From Octopus bimaculoides (Eukaryota): a stretch of 64,000 bases of DNA. The translations under genes were made by a program, and so were the position numbers. A model generated the notes under the pieces. The model was not told the DNA's origin, ran no database searches, and saw only the letters and a list, made by a program, of their open reading frames with translations. The stretch spans positions 148,435,664 through 148,499,663 of the forward strand of contig NC_068981.1 in the NCBI RefSeq assembly GCF_001194135.2. Reading direction: 5' to 3'. Of the stretch, positions 52,046-63,973 are shown one piece after another (position 1 is the first letter of the stretch; each line of letters starts with the position of its first letter).

Positions 52046-52160
52046 AGGCTTCCATACAGTTTCTGTCTACCAAACTCACTCTCAAGGCATTGGTCTGCTC
52101 GGAGCTATAGTAGAAGATGCTTTCCCAAGATTCCGCGTCATGGGACAAAACCCCAAATCA
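51395..52160 (-). mobile_element. SINE family A interrupted by a younger SINE
   Basis: Tail at 51395-51563 and remainder at 51948-52160. Confidence 0.8.
51564..51947 (-). mobile_element. tRNA-derived SINE family D with 11-bp TSD
   Basis: Head GGAAGCGCAATGGCCCAGTGGTTAGGGCAGCG...GGTTTCGATTCCC; TSD TGTCAAACGGT at 51553-51563 and 51948-51958. Confidence 0.88.
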
Positions 52161-53378
52161 TGTGAATTTGAAGAGATTTAGTGAAATAATATTTTCCTTA
52201 TTAAGATGGTGTTTAGAACATTAAACAATTTATCAGATCGATGGAAGATTTTTACTCATTGGTACATTAAATTGGTGTTTGCTATGTAACTTAACAAAAG
52301 GATTTTAACATAAAATTATGAAGCAAGATCTTGATTTTAAATATGAATATTTTTAAACCAGAAGTATTGTATCTTAGAACTAAGGCTGATGGTATCAAAA
52401 CAATTAAAAATAAAGGTCAATACAAATGTATGGCTATTGATACATTTCCACAAGCATATTGGTCACAAAAGAGTAATTAACTATACTAACGAGCGGCGTA
52501 GTTTTCTTAGCCGCCGTGGTTGCTGTTTTTGTTGGAGTGTTGTTAAAAAAATGATTGATAAATAGGCGGTGCTCCAGCATAGCTGAGAAGGTTTAAATTT
52601 AAAATAACGAAAGAGCTAAAAAGAAAAACGCATGATAAAAATAGACTGATTTGGTTATAAGACGTATGCTACTGGAAGAAAAAGGGTGTGGTTTATCGAA
52701 ATGTAAAAGAGCGGGGACGAGAGTGGATGAAATGAGGGGAAAGGAAAAGAAGACTAAAAGAAAGAATGCAAAGGAAGTGATTTAAGAGAACGTGTCCGGT
52801 GGATGGTGAACGGACCAGTAGTCATCAAGTGCAGACAGATAGACTGGAGGTTGGTGAGTGCAACTCTCATAACTTTGTCACCATTCTGTTAGAAAACGTC
52901 TCAACTTTTAAAAAGAAACGCAACGGATATTTATACATCGTAACAGTTAATTTCAAGTAAACGCTAGCTCATCCGTTCAACATATGTGCAACCCGAAGGA
53001 GATACGCAATAATGTTGTCCGTGATTCCATGATTTTTTTAACGTTTTCGGTTTTTCTTTTATATTTTCAGATTTTTTTTTTTCCTTCACCGTTTTGCCAT
53101 TCTTTCAATGAGTAGGTACGTACACCGTGAAGTTGTAGTTGCGGAAGACCTGCTTTAAAGATATCCTGAAGTGGGACCTCAGTGTCTGGCAACTTTTGAT
53201 ATAGTAAACATATCCAACATATCTATCTACTCTACTCAATGTATTGAGTTCTATGTCAGATATTTGCACCATGTAAAATATATTTTATACTTTACAACAC
53301 TTATATTCACTCTCTCTCTTTCTCTCTCCCTCTTTCTCTCTCTCTCTTTCTCTCTCTCTCTCTTTCTCTCTCCCTCTT

Positions 53379-53431
<53 letters not shown>

Positions 53432-53436
53432 TTCTT

Positions 53437-53484
<48 letters not shown>

Positions 53485-53486
53485 CT

Positions 53487-53528
<42 letters not shown>

Positions 53529-54360
53529 CTTCNNNNNNNNNNNNNNNNNNNNNNNNNNNNNNNNNNNNNNNNNNNNNNNNNNNNNNNNNNNNNNNNNNNN
53601 NNNNNNNNNNNNNNNNNNNNNNNNNNNNNNNNNNNNNNNNNNNNNNNNNNNNNNNNNNNNNNNNNNNNNNNNNNNNNNNNNNNNNNNNNNNNNNNNNNNN
53701 NNNNNNNNNNNNNNNNNNNNNNNNNNNNNNNNNNNNNNNNNNNNNNNNNNNNNNNNNNNNNNNNNNNNNNNNNNNNNNNNNNNNNNNNNNNNNNNNNNNN
53801 NNNNNNNNNNNNNNNNNNNNNNNNNNNNNNNNNNNNNNNNNNNNNNNNNNNNNNNNNNNNNNNNNNNNNNNNNNNNNNNNNNNNNNNNNNNNNNNNNNNA
53901 ACTACTTTTATTAATTTGTGTAAAAGTAGTTTTTATTCAATTTATGAGGCTGACAAAAACAAAGAAATAAAGAACACGACAAATTCGCTTTGTTACTTTT
54001 GATTGATTCTTGCTATTTTTGTCTACAACGTGAAAAGAAATGGATGTAAGACAAAATTGCCCGGAACAAGGAAATAGAGATTTCAGATCGGGTGTTTAAT
54101 TCTGCATTGATTACTCGTATTTCATATTCTATGCTTACTTCAGACAAAAAAAAAAAAAAAAAAAATTATGATTTTCGCTTTTATAATAAAAACTGCATTT
54201 CTTGTCAGGTTCTTCCATTTGTATATACAAACATCTTAATACACAAGCATCCATTTTTGGTGCGTGGGGGTGGGATGAAGTGGAACGGGTGCTCGACATT
54301 AGAAATATTATAAAATACATATTATAAAAATCTTACTCCTTTTAATCCTATAATGAATGA

Positions 54361-54860
54361 AAGTTACAAGATCAAAGACAGTGGGTTCACTCCCTTGGAA
54401 TTCCACACTCGATCTCATGGAAAATCCTCGAGCACCCGGGTCCGTACATCAATGGAACGAAACGCTGCAAGCTATGCATAGCTGAACGCACGGAAATCTT
54501 GAAAAACTCGCACGTACCAGGGACCAAACTGAAATCTAGAACGGAGAATTTCGGGCCGTGCTTGCACTTTATGAGATTTATGCTGGTGTTTTAGGAATCG
54601 CATAATAGCGAAAATAACACTACAGCCGGAAGTTGATTGCTGATGAGGGAGAGAGAGAAATAACCTTCTATTGTTTACCCTCATAGCTGAAAGATGGCAA
54701 CACGGCCGGAAGCCGATAACAAGCAGCAGAGGGAAATAATCCCCTTGTTTACATCTGTATCGTTCCTCTCCCATATTTTAAAGAGGTCATAGGCCGACAG
54801 GTCTTATGGTCTGAAGATACACCACTTTTATGGCGAGAAACCCAGGATAACCCTATAAAC
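54361..54860 (+). mobile_element. Penelope-like element 3' remnant (GIY-YIG C-terminus plus HHR)
   Basis: Met-less ORF 54361-54594 reads ...GIPHSISWKILEHPGPYINGTKRCKLCIAERTEILK...KSRTENFGPCLHFMRFML, a PLE endonuclease C-terminal pattern. Confidence 0.85.
54808..54852 (+). ncRNA. Type-I hammerhead ribozyme motif (degenerate stem III)
   Basis: GGT-CTGAAGA-TA-CACCA(CTTTTA)TGGCG-A-GAAA-C(CCAGG)A-TA/ACC. Confidence 0.65.
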
Positions 54861-55154
54861 CGGTCTTCGTACCATGTTCTCTGTTTTTTTGTCTTTGTTA
54901 CTGTACACATTTGCTAGCTTTCTTACAAAAAAATCTAATGCTCTTAGCTTAGACTTTTTGGGGGCAACCAGATCGAACTGTCACAAGTGTAACTGCCCGA
55001 AACAGTAAGGACTTCTGGTAACTTGACTGAAGAAAGAAGACCACGAATGACCCGTTCTTTTCCCCTGTCCTTCTAATTGTTGTTTCTCTTGTCCGCCTTT
55101 GTATCGTCTATTTGTCCGAATGTTTTAATGTCCTCTATTGCGTTTTTGTTCCAT

Positions 55155-55186
<32 letters not shown>

Positions 55187-55519
55187 GATAAATTCTTTAT
55201 AAGAATTTATCAAGTTGAGGCATTAATACACAGTTAATGTCCTTTATATATATATATATATNNNNNNNNNNNNNNNNNNNNNNNNNNNNNNNNNNNNNNN
55301 NNNNNNNNNNNNNNNNNNNNNNNNNNNNNNNNNNNNNNNNNNNNNNNNNNNNNNNNNNNNNNNNNNNNNNNNNNNNNNNNNNNNNNNNNNNNNNNNNNNN
55401 NNNNNNNNNNNNNNNNNNNNNNNNNNNNNNNNNNNNNNNNNNNNNNNNNNNNNNNNNNNNNNNNNNNNNNNNNNNNNNNNNNNNNNNNNNNNNNNNNNNN
55501 NNNNNNNNNNNNNNNNNNN

Positions 55520-55550
<31 letters not shown>

Positions 55551-55780
55551 CTTAAGGCGGTGAGCTGGCAGAATTGTTAACATCGTTAACACGCCGGGTG
55601 AAATGCTTAGCGGCATTTTATCTGTCTTTGTGTTCTGAGTTCAAATTCCTCCGCGGTTGACTTTGCCTATCATGCTTTCGGAGTCGATAAAATAAGTATT
55701 AGTTGAACACTGGGCCCGATGTAATCAATTTAGTCCTTCCCCTAAACCTGCTGGCCTTGTACCAAAATATGAAACCAATG
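55551..55780 (+). mobile_element. SINE family B
   Basis: TAAGGCGGTGAGCTGGCAGAAT...GAGTTCAAATTCC...GGAGTCGATAAAATAAGTA. Confidence 0.85.
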
Positions 55781-55799
55781 TATATATGATGCGTTGGTG

Positions 55800-56520
55800 A
55801 GACAAAGCTAAAAGGCTCATCTGGAAATACTTCTCAAATGGAAGCTGGGGCTGTTGATGATATCATTTGTAATTTCCGGTTTGTGATGTCCCTTTATTAC
55901 ATGGTGCATTACCCTCTTCGAAGTCAATCCATTATAAAATAAAGAAGGAGTTACACGACAATTATAAGTGTTTAGGAATTACTTTGTAGAATGCAGATGT
56001 GATATGGGAATTTTCAATAAATTTTAACTCATGTTACTGAGGTTGTAAATGAAATAGAGATGTTAAATTTTGAGACAGAAGTTAAAAACGAAAGAAAGAA
56101 ATGGCAATGTGAGTACAAGGCCCCGAAAGAAGCACTGCAAGGTCTAAGTCGGAAATTCAAAGTTTCTACAGCTGCAACCATATAAGTCTGTATTTGGTTT
56201 CCTATTTCATATAATCAGTTTAAAGAAAAACATCTACTGAGGATGTATTTGAAGCTTTCAAGAATTTGTGAAAAATTTTTGATACATAATGGAAACATAG
56301 ATCACATTGATGGTAAAGATCCGTATTACAATGTTATAGCCATATCTCGACGACTTCCGAAGTCTATGTTATCACAGGAAATACGTATTACAGTAAAAAT
56401 ATATCTGGATTACGTGTCTAATGTTTCCATTACTCTAAGGATCATTTTTACACTACCGATATCAGTAACAAAGGTGGATATAGCCTTTCGAAGTTCAAGC
56501 GTAATAAACCATAAATTCTC
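55800..56520 (+). mobile_element. hAT transposase C-terminal (dimerisation) remnant
   Basis: IDGKDPYY..IAISRRLPKS...NVSITLRIIFTLPISVTK resembles the hAT 'PN....LRI.LTLP.SV...ERSFS' motif. Confidence 0.7.
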
Positions 56521-56934
56521 TTTTTACTAAAGAAACAACCGCAAAAAAAAAACACAAAAACTTGGCTTGATGGCACATGTCTAACAGTTAGCACGTGATT
56601 TCATCGAACTGGTGACAAAAATATGCAAAGGAGAGCGAATGCAAATTATGATTTTGATGTGCCTAAAATTGTAACTTTTTTAGGACTTAAATTTTGGCAA
56701 CACAATTCACAAGATTATTATCTCCGTCAACGACGTTAGATTTTAAATCCTGCTTGTTTTCCTTTTTTTTTGTTCCTGTTATTTCTGGGTAAAACAATGT
56801 AAGAATATGATCGGTACATAGCCATAAAGATGTTTGAACTAAAATGTGTCAATGTTGCGTTGCCCTTTGTGGAAGTATACATTCTACCATGAACCCTTTT
56901 GTTCAAAATGATTTCTGTAAAATTATTTTCTGTT

Positions 56935-57135
56935 GTAAAGGTGAGCTGGCAAAATCGTTATGGCGCCGGACAAAATGCTTTACAGAGTTTCTTTGGGCTC
57001 TTTACGTTCTGATTTCAAATTCTGCCGAGGTCGAATTTACCTTTGATCACTCCATGGTCGATAAAATAAAATACTAGTCAAGTGCTGGGGTTAATCGTAT
57101 TGATTAACATTTCCCCGCCCAAATTTTAGACTGTG
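56935..57135 (+). mobile_element. SINE family B
   Basis: Same head and core as 55551-55780. Confidence 0.8.
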
Positions 57136-57581
57136 TTTATGCTAGAAAGAAGCATTACGATTATTTTTGAACTGTAGTTTCCTTGTGTTGGAAGGGCAGT
57201 TGGTAAAGTCCCTAACAGAGTACTGGGGACGTTATAATCGACTTGCCCTTTCCCCTGAAATTACTGACCTTATGTCAAAATTTGAAGTCATTGTTATAAG
57301 CAGTTTCGGGTTTTGGTGCTTTTATACTTTTTACTACAAAACATCTGTTTTTAGAAAATCAAATTTGGCATTTGGGTAGGGGTGGAAGTGTTAGTAATTG
57401 GCCTTGCCAAGGGCGCAAAATAGTCTGGCACCAGTCCTATCTAGAACTAAACAAGAACAACATCAACATTAGCAGTGTCAGATGTGACTGAATTTGGAGA
57501 GGGTAGAAGGAGATCGAGAGACACGTGTATCGTAGGAGTAAAAAGAAAGCTTGTCTTATTAGCCAGAGGGAGAAAGAGAGA

Positions 57582-57644
<63 letters not shown>

Positions 57645-58199
57645 NNNNNNNNNNNNNNNNNNNNNNNNNNNNNNNNNNNNNNNNNNNNNNNNNNNNNNNN
57701 NNNNNNNNNNNNNNNNNNNNNNNNNNNNNNNNNNNNNNNNNNNNNNNNNNNNNNNNNNNNNNNNNNNNNNNNNNNNNNNNNNNNNNNNNNNNNNNNNNNN
57801 NNNNNNNNNNNNNNNNNNNNNNNNNNNNNNNNNNNNNNNNNNNNNNNNNNNNNNNNNNNNNNNNNNNNNNNNNNNNNNNNNNNNNNNNNNNNNNNNNNNN
57901 NNNNNNNNNNNNNNNNNNNNNNNNNNNNNNNNNNNNNNNNNNNNNNNNNNNNNNNNNNNNNNNNNNNNNNNNNNNNNNNNNNNNNNNNNNNNNNNNNNNN
58001 NNNNNNNNNNNNNNNNNNNNNNNNNNNNNNNNNNNNNNNNNNNNNNNNNNATCTTAGTATTGTATCCAGAACTTATTTTATCGATTTCGTAAAAGAAGAA
58101 AGGCAAAGTCAGTTTGAGAGTGAAGAGACAAATCTCACAAGTTTACACACACACACACACACACACATAGACACACACACAAACACACACACCACACAC

Positions 58200-58560
58200 A
58201 CATGATGGCCGTCCACTCGTGACCGAGGAAGACCATTGCTGACCTTCAGGATCATTGTGCGCTCTAGGACTAACTTATATTTTGCATTTGCGGCTCCGTT
58301 GGTGGCTAATGAGCCCTGCTCTTGACAAGCATACACGACTACAAACATTGCAAACCAAGCTTTCCCCATTCACTACACCAACAGTGCGCTTTCGAGCAGC
58401 ATGCTTAAGTTCTCCATGCAGAATACGTGCTCTCTCAAAAGTGCCGATCCCCTCCTTAACCTGCTTCTTCCACCTGTGGCGATGACAGGTATTGCTCTCC
58501 CACTCAGTCTCCTGCATATCACAGGCCTTTAATGCGGACTTGACACAGTCCTTAAATCGC
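58200..58560 (-). mobile_element. RTE (BovB-like) LINE 3' end with terminal zinc finger
   Basis: WKKQVKEGIGTFE...CNVCSRVCLSRAGLISHQRS*. The tail TGGTCTTCCTCGGTCACGAG also occurs, diverged, at ~60090. Confidence 0.88.
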
Positions 58561-58611
58561 AGCCTTCATTACTGCCTATATAGTAGTATATAGCATCTTA
58601 TTTCTGTATTG

Positions 58612-58948
58612 CCCTCAAGGGGCTAAACATAGAGGGGACAAACAAGGACAGGCAAAGGGATTAAGTCGATTACATCGACCCCAGTGCGTACTTAATTTAT
58701 CGACCCAGAAAGGATGAAAGGAAAAGTCGACCTCGGTGGAATTTGAACTCAGAACGTAGCGGCAGACGAAATACGTATTTCTTTACTGCCCACAAGGGGC
58801 TATACACAGAGGGGACAAACAAAGACAGACAAACGATTAACTCGATTATATCGACCCCAGTACGTAACTGGTACTTATTTAATCGACCCCGAAAGGATGA
58901 AAGGCAAAGTCGACCTCGGTGGAATTTGAACTCAGAACGTAGCGGCAG
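58612..58948 (-). repeat. Tandem copies of SINE family B 3' portion
   Basis: Two ~178-bp units start near 58612 and 58790 and run into an N gap. Confidence 0.85.
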
Positions 58949-59714
58949 NNNNNNNNNNNNNNNNNNNNNNNNNNNNNNNNNNNNNNNNNNNNNNNNNNNN
59001 NNNNNNNNNNNNNNNNNNNNNNNNNNNNNNNNNNNNNNNNNNNNNNNNNNNNNNNNNNNNNNNNNNNNNNNNNNNNNNNNNNNNNNNNNNNNNNNNNNNN
59101 NNNNNNNNNNNNNNNNNNNNNNNNNNNNNNNNNNNNNNNNNNNNNNNNNNNNNNNNNNNNNNNNNNNNNNNNNNNNNNNNNNNNNNNNNNNNNNNNNNNN
59201 NNNNNNNNNNNNNNNNNNNNNNNNNNNNNNNNNNNNNNNNNNNNNNNNNNNNNNNNNNNNNNNNNNNNNNNNNNNNNNNNNNNNNNNNNNNNNNNNNNNN
59301 NNNNNNNNNNNNNNNNNNNNNNNNNNNNNNNNNNNNNNNNNNNNNNNNNNNNNNNNNNNNNNNNNNNNNNNNNNNNNNNNNNNNNNNNNNNNNNNNNNNN
59401 NNNNNNNNNNNNNNNNNNNNNNNNNNNNNNNNNNNNNNNNNNNNNNNNNNNNNNNNNNNNNNNNNNNNNNNNNNNNNNNNNNNNNNNNNNNNNNNNNNNN
59501 NNNNNNNNNNNNNNNNNNNNNNNNNNNNNNNNNNNNNNNNNNNNNNNNNNNNNNNNNNNNNNNNNNNNNNNNNNGCATAGGCACAAATGAACAAAAACAA
59601 TATCGTTTGATGGTAATTATTAAATATGGTAAAGTTTTAGAGATTATCAAAGCTTATTAATCGATAAAAATTCCTGAAGCGTTGTTTATTTTTCGCAACA
59701 TTGCTGAGCTGCGG

Positions 59715-60068
59715 TACATCTTGGGTAGGTATCTTCTACTATAACCTCGAACCGACCAATGCCTTATGAATGAACTTGGTAGACGGAAACTGTGTGGAAG
59801 CCCGTCGAGTGTGCATGTGTGTGTGTGTTTGTGTGGTGAGGTGTGTGTGTGTGCTTTGTATGTGTGTTTGTCATCCCTCTGCGCTTGACAATCAGGGTTG
59901 GTTTGCTTACGCCCCTGTAACCTAAGTGGTTCGGAAAAAGAGATCGATAGAATAAGTGACAGACTTGAAAATAAGTAATGGGGCCGATTTGTTCGATTAA
60001 ATGCTTCAAGGTGTCGCCTCAGCAAGATGGTGCCTTCAGTCCAGTGACTGAAACAAGTAAAAGATAAA
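59715..60068 (+). mobile_element. SINE family A, diverged
   Basis: Core to tail modules. Confidence 0.8.
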
Positions 60069-60528
60069 AGAAGATACTTATGGTGGAAGTCAACTCGTGA
60101 CCAAGCAAGACCACTTCCTAAACTCCAGTAAGTCCGTACATATGTTTCGAAAGTCTAAGAGGTTCCTGTACGTGAATTTGTTTTGAGTGGATAAAGTGTT
60201 GCACAGAACTGAACCCACTTTTCAGCGCAATCAGTTAAACACCAGTGACACAACAGCGGTTGAGATGACCAGAAACCAACTGGACTTCAAGTTTTTTTTC
60301 CATTTTTTTTAATACGAGTTTATCTTCTCTTTGAAGGAAATTCTAACGAGAACTTGGGATCCCTCATTTGCAATGGTTCACATGCTAGATGACCCATAAC
60401 TGGGACCCTAAAAAGCGCTACTACCGCGGGTTAGAGTAGACCTAGAAACAACAGTGGCCAAGAGATGGTCCCACATTCCTCGGAAATACCGGAACTCTCG
60501 TACAAGGGCCCCACTGACATGCAGTTTA

Positions 60529-60720
60529 ATGGTGCTGAAAATTTGCTGGCTTTGGGTAAAAGGAAGTACAGGAGAATAGGCTAATTATGATTTTATTCAA
60601 CATATTCCCCTCTCAGATTCACTCACTTATTGCAGTGATCCTTCAGTTTTTCTAAGCCCTGTAAAAGAACTCGGAAGTTTGGGCCTCCAACTGGGTTTTT
60701 CGCGATACCCTTAAAGCCAA
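60529..60720 (-). mobile_element. Mariner 3' remnant
   Basis: FKGIAK...LEKLKDHCNK*VNLRGEYVE*. Confidence 0.8.
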
Positions 60721-61223
60721 GACATACATACCTGCACACATACCTATCTACCTACCCACCTACCTACCTACCTACCTACCTACCTACCTACCTACATATA
60801 TACGTACATACATACATACATACATACATACATGCAAAAAATCTTCATAGACCATCATAGGTGCTCCCGAGCCACCAGCACCTTTAAAAGAGAAGGAAAA
60901 CTCTTGCTATCGAAACTCAGTTCTGTGTCTTGTACGGTCCATTGAAAGCAATACCATACTATTTCTTAATTTGGTCTGCCATCACTTTGACATCTGATAG
61001 GTGGCACACTGTGCACACGTACGGGCAATGTTAATTTGATGGAAGGAGTGAGCTAGCTTACAGTACAAGCTATATAGTAATCTCTGTAAACAAATCATCT
61101 GTGCAGATGTTCAGCAAACCGGTGGCTCAATATGATCTTGAGTTACCAGGCTGCGGAACTGTCACCTGTCGTTTACAACAGGGGAATCCATCATGCACTT
61201 AGATAAAAATACACACGCACACA

Positions 61224-61265
<42 letters not shown>

Positions 61266-61389
61266 TGCACGCACACACACACTCATGCGTGCATGCATAT
61301 ATACATTCATACACACATAGACATGCATACATACATTAATACATGCATGCATGCATGTGTGCGTGCGTGCGTATGCGCGCGCGCGCGTA

Positions 61390-61433
<44 letters not shown>

Positions 61434-61795
61434 CGTGTATTGTAGCTACTTTTGAAGTGTTACAACTATTGCAGGAAAACAAACCGAACATAAATTTTTG
61501 GTACGTCGATCATTTTCTCTAAAATTGTGAGTTTCGATAATCCGAGGCTTAGAGATAAGTTTCTATTTCTTTTCTTTTTCTTTTCCAGGAAACAAAACTT
61601 ATATTTAAGGCAAAATACGAAAAATAATTTTTATTATTGAAATGTAAGTGGTTTTTCGCAATTATTTACGTTCCATCGGCATGCTTCGGTAGTTTTTACT
61701 CGCATGTTTTACAATTTCATGCTCGCTTATCCCGGATGTACTGTCTAGTTCACCTAGAAGTGTATAATCATCGGTTTATTTTGACAAGGCACACA

Positions 61796-61863
<68 letters not shown>

Positions 61864-62241
61864 CACACGCACACACACATTTGTTTTCTTTTAAAAATTA
61901 TTTCAGGTTTTCCTGTAAGGGAGGAGCTGGTTTCTAACAAAGATACAAAGCTCTATTTATTAAAATGTAGTTAAAAACTAAGTAACATTTTGAATTTGAG
62001 AAAATTCCTGCATATTTTTACTGTTCCACATACAGATTATATTTGTAATTAGCTCTGTTAGCCGGTTGATTTCTTGTTCTGAAAATCCCCATCTTTTCCA
62101 GATTATCACTTAGGCATTTACTCACAAAACCAAGAGGACCAATTGGTACAAATGTGAATTAATAATCTAGATACAGAAGCTCGGCTTTAGAAATAATACA
62201 TTTCTAAATCTCTCAGAGAGATTTATGCAGTAGTGATACGA

Positions 62242-62492
62242 TGAAGTAGTTGTATGCTGTCAACTTAATGTGACAGTCCCCTGAAGGGAATAATACTACT
62301 GTTGGTTAGACCTAGGAAGCTGCACCGCTTCCCGTCGGCCTTGACACATTTCCTGTGTCCTTTGTAAATATAAGGACACAGAAAATGTGTCAAGGCCGAC
62401 GGGAAGCGATGCAGCTTCCTAGGTCTAACCAACAGTAGTATTATTCCCTTCAAGGGACTGTCACATTAAGTTGACAGCATACAACTACTTCA
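62242..62492. repeat. 251-bp near-perfect palindrome
   Basis: Arms 62242-62362 and 62372-62492 with 3 mismatches and a 9-nt loop. Confidence 0.95.
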
Positions 62493-62640
62493 GACGCTCA
62501 GGGTTTCGAAGCAATTATCTAATTTTCCCTCTTATTCATTGATTTCTGGAGTGATATTCACATCAACAGGACAATTGAATTTCTTGTCTGCCCCTAACAA
62601 TGACATCTAGCTTGTTCTATATTTTAGAGATGAGGAATTA

Positions 62641-62781
62641 TGTATCCTCATCTTGTTTGTTGTTACCACAACATTTCGGCTGATTTACTCTCCAGCCTTC
62701 ATCAGGTGTCCTGGTAGAATTTTGAACCCAACCCTGGGTTCTCATTCCTAAGGTATTTTTTTTTGCTGATGTTATTGTCAC

Positions 62782-62866
<85 letters not shown>

Positions 62867-62949
62867 TATTTATTCAAGGCACTACCTGGAATTGAACTCG
62901 CAATCTTGGGGTTAGTAGCCTGCGCTCTTAACCATTACGCTACATGCCC
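62641..62949 (-). mobile_element. tRNA-head / (AAT)n / hammerhead composite element
   Basis: A box TAGCGTAATGG and B box GAGTTCAATTCC in 62949-62878; (AAT)n; HHR core at 62708-62667. Confidence 0.75.
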
Positions 62950-62955
62950 GTAGGA

Positions 62956-62997
62956 CACCTGATGAAGGCTGGAGAGTAAATCAGCCGAAACGTTGTG
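62956..62997 (+). ncRNA. Minimal type-I hammerhead ribozyme motif
   Basis: CAC-CTGATGA-A-GGCTG(GAGAGTAAAT)CAGCC-GAAA-CG-TT/GTG. Confidence 0.7.
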
Positions 62998-63060
62998 GTG
63001 ACAACAAACAAGATGAGGACACATCTCCGTCCAATGTAAATAATGTAAATAATGATATCC

Positions 63061-63156
63061 AGCTTGGTAGAAGTTTTGATGGGTATGTTCCACCAATGTT
63101 CCTTGTGTTGATAGGACAGGGTCTCTAGATTTATCTCAGGACATTCTTTTGCTTTT
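63061..63156 (-). mobile_element. R4/Dong-like non-LTR fragment preceding the REL endonuclease motif
   Basis: KAKECPEINLETLSYQHKEHWWNIPIKTSTK resembles the 'WW..PI.T...' segment that precedes the PD motif. Confidence 0.5.
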
Positions 63157-63282
63157 ACAGATGGGATTGTATATTTGGTTTTTGTATTTAGTTTGCAAGA
63201 TACTTGATGTGAATTCGCGTGTTGAAACGAATCCTGTTGTGTCTTGGGAAATTCATTATGTCAATAATAATAACAACTCACT

Positions 63283-63497
63283 AAGGCGGTGAGTTGGCAG
63301 AATCGTTAGCATGCCGGTCGAAATGCTTAGTGGTATTTCGCCCGTCTTTACGTCCTGAATTAAAATTCCGCCGAGTAGACTTTGCCTTTCATCCTTTCGG
63401 GGTCGATAAACTAAGTACCAGTTGCGTACTGGGGTCGATGTAATCGACTGGCTCCCTCCCCCGAAATTTCGAGCCTTGTGCCTCGAGGAGAAAAGAA
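63283..63497 (+). mobile_element. SINE family B, full length
   Basis: TAAGGCGGTGAGTTGGCAGAATCG...GCCTTTCATCCTTTCGGGGTCGATAAACTAAGTACCAG...AGAAAAG. Confidence 0.9.
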
Positions 63498-63790
63498 TAA
63501 TAACAACTCATTTCATTATTGTTAGTCTATTAATCAAGTATCTAACTAACTAATTAACCAATCGCTTGTTTAATGTGCTAATTGTTTGTTTAGTCAAAGT
63601 CCTCTCGTCGATATTCGCGACCTTTTCAATGATTTGCCCTAACCGATCGATTGTTTAACCAGTACATTAAACAAACGATCGATTAGTTAGTTGGTTAGAT
63701 AATTAACCAATCGGTTAAAAATAAAGAAGTGATATTGAACTAGTGCGTGTGTTATTATTGGCGTAATCATCCTCCCAAGACATAGCAAGC

Positions 63791-63973
63791 ATCGTATATT
63801 GCTTTAGCGACAATGTCGTGTCACTTTGGGAGGTTGTGACTTGAGGATATTTTTAGGCAACTGCTGATTCCATTTGTGATGTCTTCGACACAAATGTGAT
63901 ATAATCGCCATTTCTGGTTGTATCTTGGGGTTGCAAGGGATTCACATTGTCTGTTTTTGTTGATTAAATATTT
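63791..63973 (-). mobile_element. R4/NeSL-type non-LTR CCHC region remnant
   Basis: KYLINK...KWRLYHICVEDITNGISSCLK...*HDIVAKAIYD is a degenerate C-x2-C...H-x4-C knuckle plus RHD.VAK. Confidence 0.7.

Noticed and set aside
54950-55015. GGGCA...TGCCC-GAAAC-AG-TA resembling half an HHR downstream of the PLE remnant
   Set aside because: There is no CUGAnGA core upstream of stem II.
550-61894. Most ORF-track entries rich in HT/CV/YI/LS/ER/X runs
   Set aside because: They are translations of microsatellites, SINE bodies or N gaps, not genes.
62878-62949. Functional tRNA gene
   Set aside because: The anticodon and acceptor stems do not pair properly; it is a SINE-type head.
63541-63699. Imperfect ~40-bp inverted repeat
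   Set aside because: Low-complexity (AACT/TTAG) and degenerate; probably an old MITE scrap.
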